From: Malacoraja senta
Lineage: Eukaryota
DNA length: 64,000 nt
Assembly (NCBI GenBank): GCA_038087875.1
Contig: CM075990.1
Coordinates: 6,760,001-6,824,000, forward strand
Direction: 5' to 3'
Position 1 is the first letter of the stretch. Each line of letters begins with the position of its first letter. Shown one piece after another: positions 49,483 to 61,028 of the stretch. The notes below the pieces were generated by a model. The model had not been told where the DNA came from, ran no database searches, and saw only the letters and a program-made list of their open reading frames with translations. The position numbers were made by a program, and so were the translations under genes.

Positions 49483-52400
49483 TTTTACTTCGGAGTCACG
49501 TGAGTGACTACGTTAAGAACCCCGTCAGGGCGCATGCGCGTCATTACGTCGGACGCATTGGCGACAACAGCAGCGGGAGCTCGGAGCTCCTTCTGCAACG
49601 TGAGTAATTACAGCACCACCAAAGTCGGGGAGACTTTGGAGGAGTTAGGAAAAAGTAAATAAATTGTTTCTGCTGTGTTTTTTTTTCCCCCCATAGACAG
49701 GAACAAGGAAAAGGTGCAGGCTGCTGCCGACAAGGAGAGAGAGAGCTGCGGGACGCAGTCTCTGAAAGGCAGCCTGTCACCTCGGGGGAGTCACAAGCCG
49801 GTAGCGGTGCGGCGACAGACTTGGCAAAGTGCCCAGCCGGGTACACAGCCAACGCCAGTCGGGCGGTCGGCATACGCCAAGTCTGTCAGGGCTATAGACT
49901 CCGTAGAGTCGGGCCACGAGAGTCCCGTCAGGGACAGGATACCGTTCCCCAGCGGTTATCCAAAAGGAGCAGCTCATACAGGGGCTGCTCCACAGAGACG
50001 CTTCAGGAGGAGTAGTGCAGGTGGGAAGCCATAGGGAAGGCTCCACTGGCAGTGCCTAGGAGAGGTCTAAAGCCACAACTCCAGGAGGAGTTGTGCAGGC
50101 GGGAAGCCTTAGGGAAGGCTCCGCTGGCAGTGCCTTGGAGAGGCCTGCTTCATAAAGCCATACTCCAGGAGGAGTTGTGCAGGCGGGAGGCCGTGGGGAC
50201 GGCTCCACTGGCAGTGCCTAGTAGAGGCCTGCTTGAAAGCACCCTCTTTGCAAGAGGTGAGTGCAGAAGGGCAGATACGCTCTGACCCTGAGTCCGACGA
50301 CTTCCAAAGGGAGGGCAGGCAGCTGTCAGAGCTGACACCGTGTGCAGCACGGTTTGCCATGTCGTCGGATGCTGGTGAGCCTCTGGGTGAGGAACTTGCC
50401 ACCAGCATAAATTACCAAGTCTCACATCAGCTACAGGAGCTGACAATGGATGAGACAGTAACGAAGTATGAAGCCCCAATCAACTGTGGAGTGTTAAAAG
50501 TTCCTGTTGGGAACAGGAAGAATTGGGGTAAGATGGGCATACTAATGAAAGCCCAGGAGCATGTGAAGCTCCAGCATATTTTTAAAGTTGCTGGCATCTG
50601 GTATAACGAGCTTTGCCAGGATGGTGGATGGAGAGGGCATGACAAATTACAACAAAAGGCGCTATTGTGCAGTGCCCACTGAGATCAATTGCCTCCGCAA
50701 GATGCGATTAGACAACCATCAATGCTAAATATGCTTCACTCTGCCAGCCTGGCACAGTGCAACTGGCACAGCTGTTTGGCGAGGATTTCGCACAGCAGGT
50801 GAAGGAGCTGGAGGAGGAGGCTAAGACGGCAGCCACATATTCACCAAAGCGGAAGTATCCCTATAAGGGAGCAGACTGGTCCGGGCAAGGGACGAGTCCA
50901 GCTACGATGCAGCGCAGTTGGCGTTCGGCTGTAGCACCGCCACGGAGGTAAGATATCCCGCTCAAGGCCGGGGAAGAATGCCAGGTGGTAAGGAGGTAAG
51001 AGGGTCTGGTTCTCATGTAGACAGATCTAATGTGAAACAATTAAATGTTTACCTCAGATATGTTTATACTGAAGGTTATTCAAGGGCATCGAATAAAGCT
51101 TAAATGCAAATTCTGATTTACCCATGCAACATGTTCCAAAAAAGGAGTTTGACTTCAGTATCACTGAATAATTGGAAGTTCAGCTGGAACTTGCAACCTT
51201 ATGTAATAAAGGTGTAATTGCTAAGGCAGTTTACCAAAGCCATCAGGTTGTGTCCAATATCTTTCCCAGACCAAAAAAGGATGGGGGGAAGCAGAATTAT
51301 ACAGACCTGAATAGGCTTAACCCTTTTGTACGGTATAGACATTTTAAGATGGAAACGTTTGTGAAGGAGATCTTAAAGATGCGGATTCAGTGTCTGTTCA
51401 TTTGCAGGATAGAAGATTTAAAATTCAGCTGGATGGGAATTATGCCAATACAATCCACTGCCTAATGGTTTGTCTTCAGCTCCTAGAGGGATTACAAAGT
51501 TGTTAAAACCTATTCTAGGCATGAAGAGAAGTCAAGGTCATGTGATCATGGTTTAGCTAGATAATATCTTGATTGTAGGACAATCAAAGGAAACAGCTGA
51601 AGCATCAGTGGCAGTTGGTAAAAACCAATTTTTAATTGGGCTTTATAAGCTATTCTGAGGAATCTAAATTTATACCTGTGACACAAATTGACTAGTTGGG
51701 TTCACAATGGACTTAATCAACATCATTGTGACCTTGCCCAGGCAAAAAAGGGTACAGCTAATTAAGAGCTATATCAAGTTAATTGCTAACACATAGCCTT
51801 CAATTAGCCAGGTGACAAGACTGCTGTGGTAATGGCTGGCAGCATTTCCAGCAGTTCAATATGGCCACTTTATTATCTACAATTACAAAGGTCAAAGGAA
51901 CAAGCATTGAGGATACATTGGGGTCATTATAATAGACCTATGCTTCTATCAATAGAGGCTGTTGCTGATGTACAATGGTGGATTCAGCATGTGTCCACTA
52001 GTAGTTCCAAAGTGTTATTGGACCAAGCTTCCATGATTTGCAGACAGATGTCAGAGCACTTCGGTAGGGTGCTACTGACACAAGATCCAGCAGTGGAGAC
52101 AGATGAACATTGCTTCTGCATACATGGGGAATTAACCAAGAGTATTTTATGGACTCAAGGCTTATGGCACTAACTAAACTAGTTTGCATGTGCAGTGCAA
52201 AATAGACAACACTGCAGCAGTTGCTGATATGAATCACATGGGTGGAATCAAATCGTTATCATGTGACAGGTTGGCAAATACAATTGGACCTGGAGTAGGG
52301 ATAAAGAGATTTGGATTGGAGCTATCTATCTGCCAGGGAAACTTAATGTAGTACCAGATGGCAGCTCACGAAAATTCCATCATAACACAGTGGATGTGGA

Positions 52401-54257
52401 ACCAGGATGTGTTCAAGAACATAGTACTTCTATATGGAAGGCCAAAATATGTTTCATAGGCACCAGATCCAGGGACAGTGGCAATTGATGCTTTTTCACT
52501 AAATTAGGATGATATGTTTGTGTACATTTTCCCACCATTCTGCCTCATAGGTCGGTGTTTGAGAAAATCAAGCAGGATGCCGCTTCAGGGGTTTTGGTGA
52601 TCCCTTTGATGTTACAGATAGCGATCCAACCTCTTTTTGCTGATTCCAAACAGTAGGAATTTGCTGGAGCATCCAGTAACGCATTAAGTTCATCCGTTAT
52701 GTGACGGTATGGATCTGTTAGTTTGCAGGTTTCAGGAATGCCTTACATTGGTCGAGGACTTTCTAGGCCAACGGTGTATATACTCGCTGCAGTCTGGAGA
52801 AAGAGTACTCAAAAACAGTATATGACATGAAAAAAAAAAAAAAAAAAGGGAACAATATTGTGTTCAAAAGAATATTCAATATGATACTGTAGTTATTGAA
52901 AATGTGTTAGAGTTTATCTACACTTTATTATGATGAAGGTCTTAGCTATACTGCTATCAATACAGATAGAAGTGCTTTGTCCGCATATCTTGTAATAGGT
53001 ACACGGACAGAAAGTATAGGTTCTCACCCTCTCATATCTAGGTTGATGAAAGGAATCTAATTCCAAACCGCCTAAGACTAGGTATATGGTAATCTGCGAG
53101 GTAAGCGTTGTTCGTAACATACTTCGTCATTGGGTCCCTGTCACGGCTATAACTTTGTTAAAATTAACCATGAAATTGGCTATGCTAATGGCATTGGTGT
53201 CAGTACAGAGAGTGCAGACTTTCCAAAAAAAAACACACAAAAAAAAAAAACTTCAGTTCGAGAGAATGTTCTGTTTTATATTTCTGACCTGCTCAAACAA
53301 AGCAGGCCAGGTGTGACAGGTTTTAAGATTTTGTTCTTAGCATATCCTACAGCTCCATGTTTATGTGTAAGGACACATTTGTTACATTACATTGAAGCCA
53401 CAAGGGCTTTAAGACAAGAAGGAACAGGATTATTTGTCAGTTACAAAAAGCCAACATAAAAGAGTGGCAGTTCAGACTATCTCAAGGTGGTTAAAGCAAG
53501 AGTTGGTTCAGGCAGGAATTAACATTTATGTGTTTACATCTCATTCCACTAGCGCAGTAGCAACATCCGCGGCCAGGGCGATGGATGTTCCCATCGACCA
53601 TATATTAAAAGCCGCAGGTTGGAAAAATGAACTTGTGTTTCAGCAATACCACCATCGGCCGATTGCCAATGGAGGGCTGTTTGCTAACTCAATATTGAGT
53701 GCTGTTGCTATTGTTTAAAGTCTGTTTTCAATACTGTTTCATTCTGTTGCCCTACATTAAGAGGGTTTATTGGTTGTTTTATGACCAAAAATAAAACTGT
53801 TTTGTTTTTGCATGATATGCAATGTCATGTTTACAGCATTATTGATGATACTCAGTCAATCGATGCAGTGAGAAGCCGGGATTTTGATCTGCGGCATAAA
53901 AATCACAGAGCTTTAAAATCTTCACGTAGTCACTCACGTGACTCCGAAGTAAAATAGTAAGATTAAACGAGAACTTACCAGTTTGAAGTTTGATCTTTAT
54001 TTTATGAGGAGTTACGTTGGTGATTACGTGCCCACCACGCCCAACCCTCTCTCATAGAAAAAAGGTCATAATGGTAGTTCTCATGTTGATCATCTTAATA
54101 TGTTACTTCAATTATGGTTTTGTCTGTGATTTCATACCGCTGCTTTGAAGATTGACGTGCATGCGCCCTGACGGGGTTCTTCACGTAATCACCAACGTAA
54201 CTCCTCATAAAATAAAGATCAAACTTCAAACTGGTAAGTTCTCGTTTAATCTTACTA
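49483..54257 (+). mobile_element. DIRS1-like retrotransposon (copy B), coding regions decayed
   Basis: Same termini as copy A; inverted terminal repeats ~49510-49543 / ~54152-54186; ICR 53919-54030; fragmented gag, RT (YLDD reads *LDN at ~51554), RNase H, MT and YR (HSTS...AAGW...FQQYH). Confidence 0.95.
50002..50240 (+). repeat. Three tandem ~80-bp units within DIRS B gag
   Basis: caggaggagttgtgcaggcgggaagcc...ggctccactggcagtgcct...agaggcct repeated three times. Confidence 0.85.
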
Positions 54258-54912
54258 ATTTACCCAACACCACTTCCCGACTAACCTGGATTTCACTCAG
54301 TTCCTCCATCTCCTTTGACCCACGGCCCCCTGCTATTTCCGGCAGATTATTTATGTCTTCCTTAGTGAAGACGGAACCAAAGTAGTTATTCAATTGGTCC
54401 GCCATATCCTTGTTCCCCATGATCAATTCACCTGTTTCTGACTGCAAGGGACCTACATTTGTTTTAACTAATCTCTTTCTCTTCACATATCTATAAAAAC
54501 TTTTGCAGTCAGTTTTTATATTCCCTGCCAGTTTCCTTTCATAATCTATTTTCCCTTTCCTAATTAAGCCCTTTGTCCTCCTCTGCTGGTCTCTGAATTT
54601 CTCCCAGTCCTCTGGTATGCTGCTTTTTCTGGCTAATTTGTACGCATCATCTTTTGCTTTGATACTATCCCTGATTTCCCTTGTTATCCACGGATGCACT
54701 ACCTTCCCTGATTTATTCTTTTGCCAAATTGGGATGAACAATTGTTGTAGTTCATCCATGCAGTCTTTAAATGCCTTCCATTGCATATCCACCGTCAACC
54801 CTTTTAGAACTAATTGCCAGTCAATCTTGGCCAATTCACGTCTCATACCCTCAAAGTTACCTTTCTTTAAGTTCAGAACCGTTGTTTCTGAATTAACAAT
54901 GTCACTCTCCAT

Positions 54913-55272
54913 CATAAGCTCATAAGTAATAGGAGTAGAATTAGGCCATTTGGCCAATCACGTCTAATCCGCCATTCAATCTTGCCTCATCTATCTCTCC
55001 CTCCTCACCCCATTCTTCTGCCTTCTACCCAGAACCTCTGACACCCGTACTATTTAAGAATCTATTCATCTCTGCCATAATAATATCCACCAACTTTGCC
55101 TCTACAGCTTTCTGTGGCAAAGAATTCCACAGAATCACCACCCTCTGACTAAAGACATTTCTCCTCATCTCCTTCCTAAAAGAACATCCTTTAATTCTGA
55201 GGCTATGACCTCTAGTTCTAGACTTTCCCACTAATGGAAACATCCACTCTACCCAAGCCTTTCACTATTCTG
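54913..55272 (-). mobile_element. CR1/HER1-like LINE 3' fragment
   Basis: ORF 55025-55243 (MFPLVGKSRTRGHSLRIKG...WNSLPQKAVEA). Confidence 0.85.
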
Positions 55273-55797
55273 CTCATCCTACCACAACCAGAGAGCAGTG
55301 CTGAACTACTATCTACCTCTTTGATGACCCTCGGACTATCTCTGATCGGACTTTGCTGGCTTTACCTCGCACAAAATGTAATTCCCTTATTCCCTTATCA
55401 TCCACCGTAAATGCATTGATTGTAACCACGTGTGGTCTTTCTGCTGACTGGTTAGCAAGCAACAAAAGCTGTACACTGTACCTCGGTACACGTGACAGTA
55501 AACTAAACTGCGAAAGAGAATATTTTTGATTACGGGATTCCTCTTCAAAGGAATGGGTGAAGAATCATTGGGCGCAAGTGGCCAGTTTTGAGCCACGCTG
55601 GATGAATCTAGGGGCAGCAGAGTGGCACAGCTGGTAGAGCCAGTGCCTCGGTGCCAGAGACAATAGACAATAGACAATAGGTGCAGGAGTAGCCCATTCG
55701 GCCCTTCGAGCCAGCACCGCCATTCAATGTGATCATGGCTGATCATCCCCAATCAGTACCCCGTTCCTGCCTTCTCCCCATATCCCCTGACTCCGCT

Positions 55798-55997
55798 NNN
55801 NNNNNNNNNNNNNNNNNNNNNNNNNNNNNNNNNNNNNNNNNNNNNNNNNNNNNNNNNNNNNNNNNNNNNNNNNNNNNNNNNNNNNNNNNNNNNNNNNNNN
55901 NNNNNNNNNNNNNNNNNNNNNNNNNNNNNNNNNNNNNNNNNNNNNNNNNNNNNNNNNNNNNNNNNNNNNNNNNNNNNNNNNNNNNNNNNNNNNNNNN
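55798..55997. other. Assembly gap (200 N)
   Basis: Run of exactly 200 n; continuity across it is unverified. Confidence 1.
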
Positions 55998-56044
55998 CCA
56001 GCCGTACCTTGCCCAAAGCCTGCAGTAATGGAGCGCTGCCAGTT

Positions 56045-56378
56045 GATGTGGAGAGGATGTTTCCACTAGTGGGAGAGTCTAGGACTAGAGGTCAGAGCCT
56101 CAGAATTAAAGGACGTTCTTTTAAGAAGGAGATGAGGAGAAATTTCTTTAGTCAGAGGGTGGTGAATGTGTGGAATTCTTTGCCACAGAGGCTGTGGAGG
56201 CAGTCAGTGGATATTTTTAAGACAGATATAGATAGATTCTTGATTAGTACGGGTGTCAGAGGTTATGGGGAGAAGGCAGGAGAATGGGGTTAGGATGGAG
56301 AGATAGCTCAGTCATGATTGAATGGCGGAGTAGACTTGATGGGCCGAATGGCCTAATTCCACACCTATTCCTTATGAC
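56045..56378 (+). mobile_element. CR1/HER1-like LINE 3' fragment
   Basis: VERMFPLVGESRTRG...GYGEKAGEWG and 3' stem-loop. Confidence 0.85.
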
Positions 56379-57907
56379 CACTGAGGGGCCACTGTTGAGA
56401 GAGCAGTTCAGCACCCGCGCACTACAACACGTCCGGTAACCTCTGAGGACGTTGGGAAGTCAATGAACAATCTGTCGTCAATTCTGCAGCTGCTTGGTTG
56501 TCCACCTGATGGCAGCAGAATTTCCCTCAAAGTCTTACATTAAATAAAAGTGCAGCACAAAGGGCTGCAAGTTCCCCTTAGACTACATTCATGAATCAAA
56601 GGTTACAGGGAGAAGGCAGGAGAATGGGGTTGAGAGGGACAAACACTGCGGCCATAATCGAGTGGCAGAGCAGACACGATGGGCCGAATGGCCTCATCTG
56701 CTCCCAATGATCCCAATGAAACGCATTATCAGGTACCCACTTGTCATTAAGGAAAATCTCTGGGGCATGAGTGTGGATCAGGACAGGACATGCCCCGTCC
56801 AATTTGGCAACTGGTTACCCCTCAGTGTTCACAAACATGATTTATTCAGCGTAAAACAGCGCAAAGTTTACAACTTCCCAGATTACAAAGTGCGAGAGGT
56901 TTTAACAAGAGGCACATTGTGGCAGCTGCTAGTACATTCCCCATAACCTTTTTCCATTGGATCTGTCCCCGCCGCTCGTAAGGATTTCTGGAGATCATAC
57001 TTGGTGTTGTGGAGCGCCAGTGAGACTAATCGCAAGCTGAGTGACTGGTGGATTAAATTAGTGTGATGACGAGATCAGGTTATTTCAGCTCAACGCTGGA
57101 TTAGCCAACATCCGAGACGTTAGTGCGCAGACTGGAGGCCTTCCTTCCAAAAAAGTTGGAAAAATCAACACTTTTGGATTAGGTTGCGGATTTAACTTGA
57201 CAGCTAATGTAGGCAGAATGAGACCCTTTAGAAAATACAGCCACTCCCTGTCCAATGTAATAAAAGAGAGTCAAAGCGTCATCCATCATGGAAACAGGCC
57301 CATCAGCCCAGTGAATCTATGCCAACCGTCAAATATCTATTAAATTAATCGTACGCACATTCCATCTTATTATCCCCACATTGCTACCTGCTCCCCTCAG
57401 ATCCAAACACCACCTACACGTTAATTGCACTTTACAATGGTAACCGATCTAGTTTGATTACAAACATGTCCAACCCCATGAATGAATGACTATGTTCCCA
57501 TCCAGGCCTAATGATAGGGCCCACATTTAGCTCCAGTACATCACTGGGCCAGCGTGTGGCTTGGCAGGGCCGCAGTGTCTCATCCTATCCTAAGTCACCA
57601 CGGACACAGAAGCCTAATTGCATTTTCTTTCCTCGCTGGGAAATTCCACTTACCTACTTTTCATCTCTTCCTCCACAGACATTATCAATGAGTCGTGGCT
57701 GCCTGGTAACACCCTAGCAACCGACTTGTGAATCTAACAATAGAACACAGTTAATGTGGCAAAATAACAATGTACATCATTTTTCTGCTGGCTCCTGTAC
57801 AAAGCGGTGTGCTGTAAAAAAATATTTTGTACATGCTAATCTTAAAGAGACGTTTTTTGTAAAGCATTTTTTTCTGTGGTTTGGGAAAATAAACCTTGAC
57901 ACCATCA

Positions 57908-58365
57908 GGTCATAAGGTCATATGGAATAGGAGTAATATTAGGCCATTCGGTCCATCAAGCCTACTCCGCCATTCAATCATCACTGATCTATCTCTCCCT
58001 CCTAACCCCATTCTCCTGCCTTCTCCATATAACATCTGACACCCATACTAATCAAGAATCTATCTCTGCCTTATAAATATCCACTGATTTGGCCTCCACA
58101 GCCTTCTGTGACAAAGAATTCCACAGATTCACCACCTTCTGACTAAAGAAATTCCTCCTCATCTCCTGCCTAAAAGAATGTCCTTTAATTCTGAGGCTAT
58201 GACCTCTAGTCCTAGACCCTCCCACTAGGGGAAACATCCTCTCCACATCCACTCTATCCAAGCCTTCCACTATTCTGTATGTCTTAATTAGGTCCCCCCT
58301 CATTCTTCTAAACTCCAGCGAATAACAGGCCCAGTGCTGACAAACGCTCATCATAGGTTGACCTA
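57908..58365 (-). mobile_element. CR1/HER1-like LINE 3' fragment
   Basis: ORF 58052-58354 (YSLEFRRMRGDLI...VVNLWNSL). Confidence 0.85.
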
Positions 58366-58924
58366 CTCACCAGACTTTTTGCACAGTAAAGGTTGCAATT
58401 CAAATTGTATTCATTGAGAGATCTAGAACAGAAGCAGGTCCTTTGGTCCAGAGATCATCAACCACCCATTTACACTACTCCTACACGGATCCCATTTTTT
58501 ACTCTCCACATATTCTCATCAACACTCTCTAGATTCTACCATCCACCAACATACTGGGGACAACATACAGAGGCCATTTAATCTTCAAACCCTGCACAAC
58601 TTTGGGATGTGGGAGGAAACCAGAGTACCTGGAGGGAGCCCACATAGTGACAGGGAGAACGTGCAAACTCCACACGGACAGCACCCGAGATCAGGAGTGA
58701 TGGTCAGTCTATCTTGCACTGTGGGACAGCGGCTTCACTAACTGTCCACTGGTCTGTCATGAATCTCAGAGCAGGAGAGCACAGAGGGCTGACTTTGGGT
58801 TCATTGCACCTGTGTTGACCTCTTGAAGGAATTGCTTACTTAATCTGTCTCTCCTGTAGCTTCACAGATTGACGGTAAATATCTAACCTATCCTCAATCT
58901 GATAACCGTTGAGTCTGCCTTCAG

Positions 58925-59225
58925 AGGCACAGTGGTGGAGTTGCTGCATTACACTGCCAGAGACCCGTGTTCGATCCTGACTATACGTGCTGTCTGTATG
59001 GATTTTGTACATTCGCCCTGTGATCTCGTGGGTTTTCTCTGGGTGCTCCGGTTTCCTCCCACATTCCAAAAGTGTGCAGGTTTGTAAGTTAATTGGCTTC
59101 CATAAATTGTCCCTAGTGTGTAGGTCAGAACTAGTGTACGGGTGATTGCTGGTCAGCATGGACTCGGTGGGCCAAGTGGCCTGTATCCACATTGTATCTC
59201 TAAACTAAATTAAACTAAACTAAAG
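58925..59225 (+). mobile_element. HE1-like SINE
   Basis: B-box gttcgatcc, shared body, (aaact)n tail. Confidence 0.75.
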
Positions 59226-59874
59226 CTTCTCTATCAGCAGTGTAGGCCTGATCATCTGGCCTGCTCCATTAAAGAAAATGTTCTCTGTAACATACCTCAC
59301 TTTGTTTCCAAACACCTGAGCACAAATAATGAAGGAAATAGGATTAGATTTCATTGACATTGACATTGACATTGACTTTGTTCTAGCACCTGCTATCTCC
59401 TGTTAAATTCTGGTACCTGTTCCATGCCCAGTATCAGGGATAATCACCATGAACTGGCTAATGTTCCTTGCAATTTCTTCAACAAATCATCCCAATAAGT
59501 CAGCCAGAGACCTATTATGACAATCTGAAACTTTATGTGACATTTGGAAATTTGTAGTGTCAATCTGATTCTTGCAGCTCCTGGCATTTGGAACCAAAGA
59601 AAAGATTGATGGCCCTATTAACAATGAAGATGGCCAGTTAGACTCTTCACAACATGGTATGATTGTATTAGTCATCATATACCCCAGTGCACTGGTTTGG
59701 GAAGCAACATCTGCAACCAGAGGGACAATTGAACATCTGATGTTCTCACCAGTGGAGATTGCAGGCACCTGTAGTGACTTCCCAATCATGACCTGATTGT
59801 TATGATGTTGGCTGACTATGTTCCTCTTTGGAACCAGTGACTAAGATCACGAGAAATGGCCGGTGTGGAAGAAA

Positions 59875-60160
59875 GTTTAGCTTAGTTTAGTTAAGTTTCA
59901 TTCAGTTTAGAGATATAGTATGGAAGCAGGCCCATCGGCCCACCAAGTCCGCTCTGATCAGTGATCATCCATACACTAGTTCTATCCTACACACTAGGGA
60001 CAATTTACAGAAGCCAATTGACCTACAAACCTGTACATCTTTGGAATGAGGGAGGGAACCGGAGCACCCGGAGAAAACCCATGCGGTCACCGGGAGAACA
60101 CACAATCTCCATACAGACAACACCCAGAGTCAGGATTGAACCCGGGTCTCTGGTGCTGGA
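59875..60160 (-). mobile_element. HE1-like SINE
   Basis: (tttag)n tail and reverse-strand body. Confidence 0.75.
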
Positions 60161-60892
60161 AGACTGCACCAGTTCACTGGTGGACAAGTTCACTGTTGCA
60201 GTGCAGTGATTTTCCCAGGGCTTATAGCTAATTTCATCAATGATATCCTCTATATTACTGCATATCAAGCTAAAACAATGAGGGGATAAAAATCCATTCA
60301 GTTCATCTTACTCTTTGAGCCACCAACAAAAATCAACACTGCCATCCTGGCTTTCTACTTGAGGAAGTAAAAGCAAATGCAAGGTCATTGACTGTAAATG
60401 TGAATTGAAGGTTGGAGTGTAGTTGTTTGTCCATATTCTTTCCCATGTCATTCTGCTGGAATTAATCCCATTGCATCAGGTACCGATTTACTGTCTGTCA
60501 GCAGTCACTGAAGTGCTGCCAGAACACTTTGATGGAGTGTTTCTCTCACACTGGGTCACTGCCAAGACGCAGTCATATTATTTCCCTCATTTTCCTACTT
60601 TAAATTTCCAATCATTACTCCAGTCAGACCCTGTGAAGGTCGACGGACCCTTAAATATCTTTCATGTTTACTTCCCTTAAGGGCGGCACGATGGCACAGC
60701 AGTAGGTTTGCTGCCTTACAGCGCCAGAGACCCAGGTTCGATCCTGGCTACGGGTGTCTGTACTGAGTTTGTACGTTCTCCCCGTGATCACATGGGTTTT
60801 CACTGAGAACTTTGGTTTCCTCCCACACTCCAAAGACGTACAGGTTTGTAGGTTAATTGGCTTGGTATGTATGTAAAAATTGTCCTTAGTGT

Positions 60893-61028
60893 CTTCTTCT
60901 TGCGTATGGCGTGCACAGCCTAAAGTTGTAAGACAACTTGTTCTGTTTGATCTTCTGTTTGTGCACGCCAGGTTGATTGCATTCGTTGAAACAGGGTGGA
61001 CCACGTGAAGGTTGCAATCTCCCACCCC
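60893..61028 (-). mobile_element. Short non-autonomous retroposon (Ingi/Vingi-like) with 5' HDV-like ribozyme and (AAG)n tail
   Basis: 11-bp TSD gtccttagtgt at 60882-60892 and 61029-61039; 3' end GCCATACGCAAGAAGAAG; 5' end is the ribozyme G1. Confidence 0.85.
60975..61028 (-). ncRNA. Minimal HDV-like self-cleaving ribozyme (54 nt)
   Basis: GGGGUGG(P1) GA GAUUGCA(P2) ACC(P3) UUCACGU(L3) GGU(P3') CCACCCU(P1') GUUUCAA CGAA(J4/2) UGCAAUC(P2'); P1, P2 and P3 pair fully, with a G1-U wobble. Confidence 0.85.

Larger units (their letters stand above)
47875..54912 (-). mobile_element. CR1/HER1-like LINE ORF2 (RT region, 5'-truncated) split by DIRS copy B
   Basis: ORFs 54226-54957 and 48110-49483 join in frame (EVVLGKL|NGLKADKSPGPD) once the DIRS is removed; motifs NYRPVSLTS, QHGF, GVPQGSVLGP, FADD; one in-frame TGA at 48110 and a frameshift near the C-terminus. 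Confidence 0.95.

Noticed and set aside
55729..56066. ORFs spanning 55.7-56.1 kb
   Set aside because: Artefacts of translating through the 200-N gap
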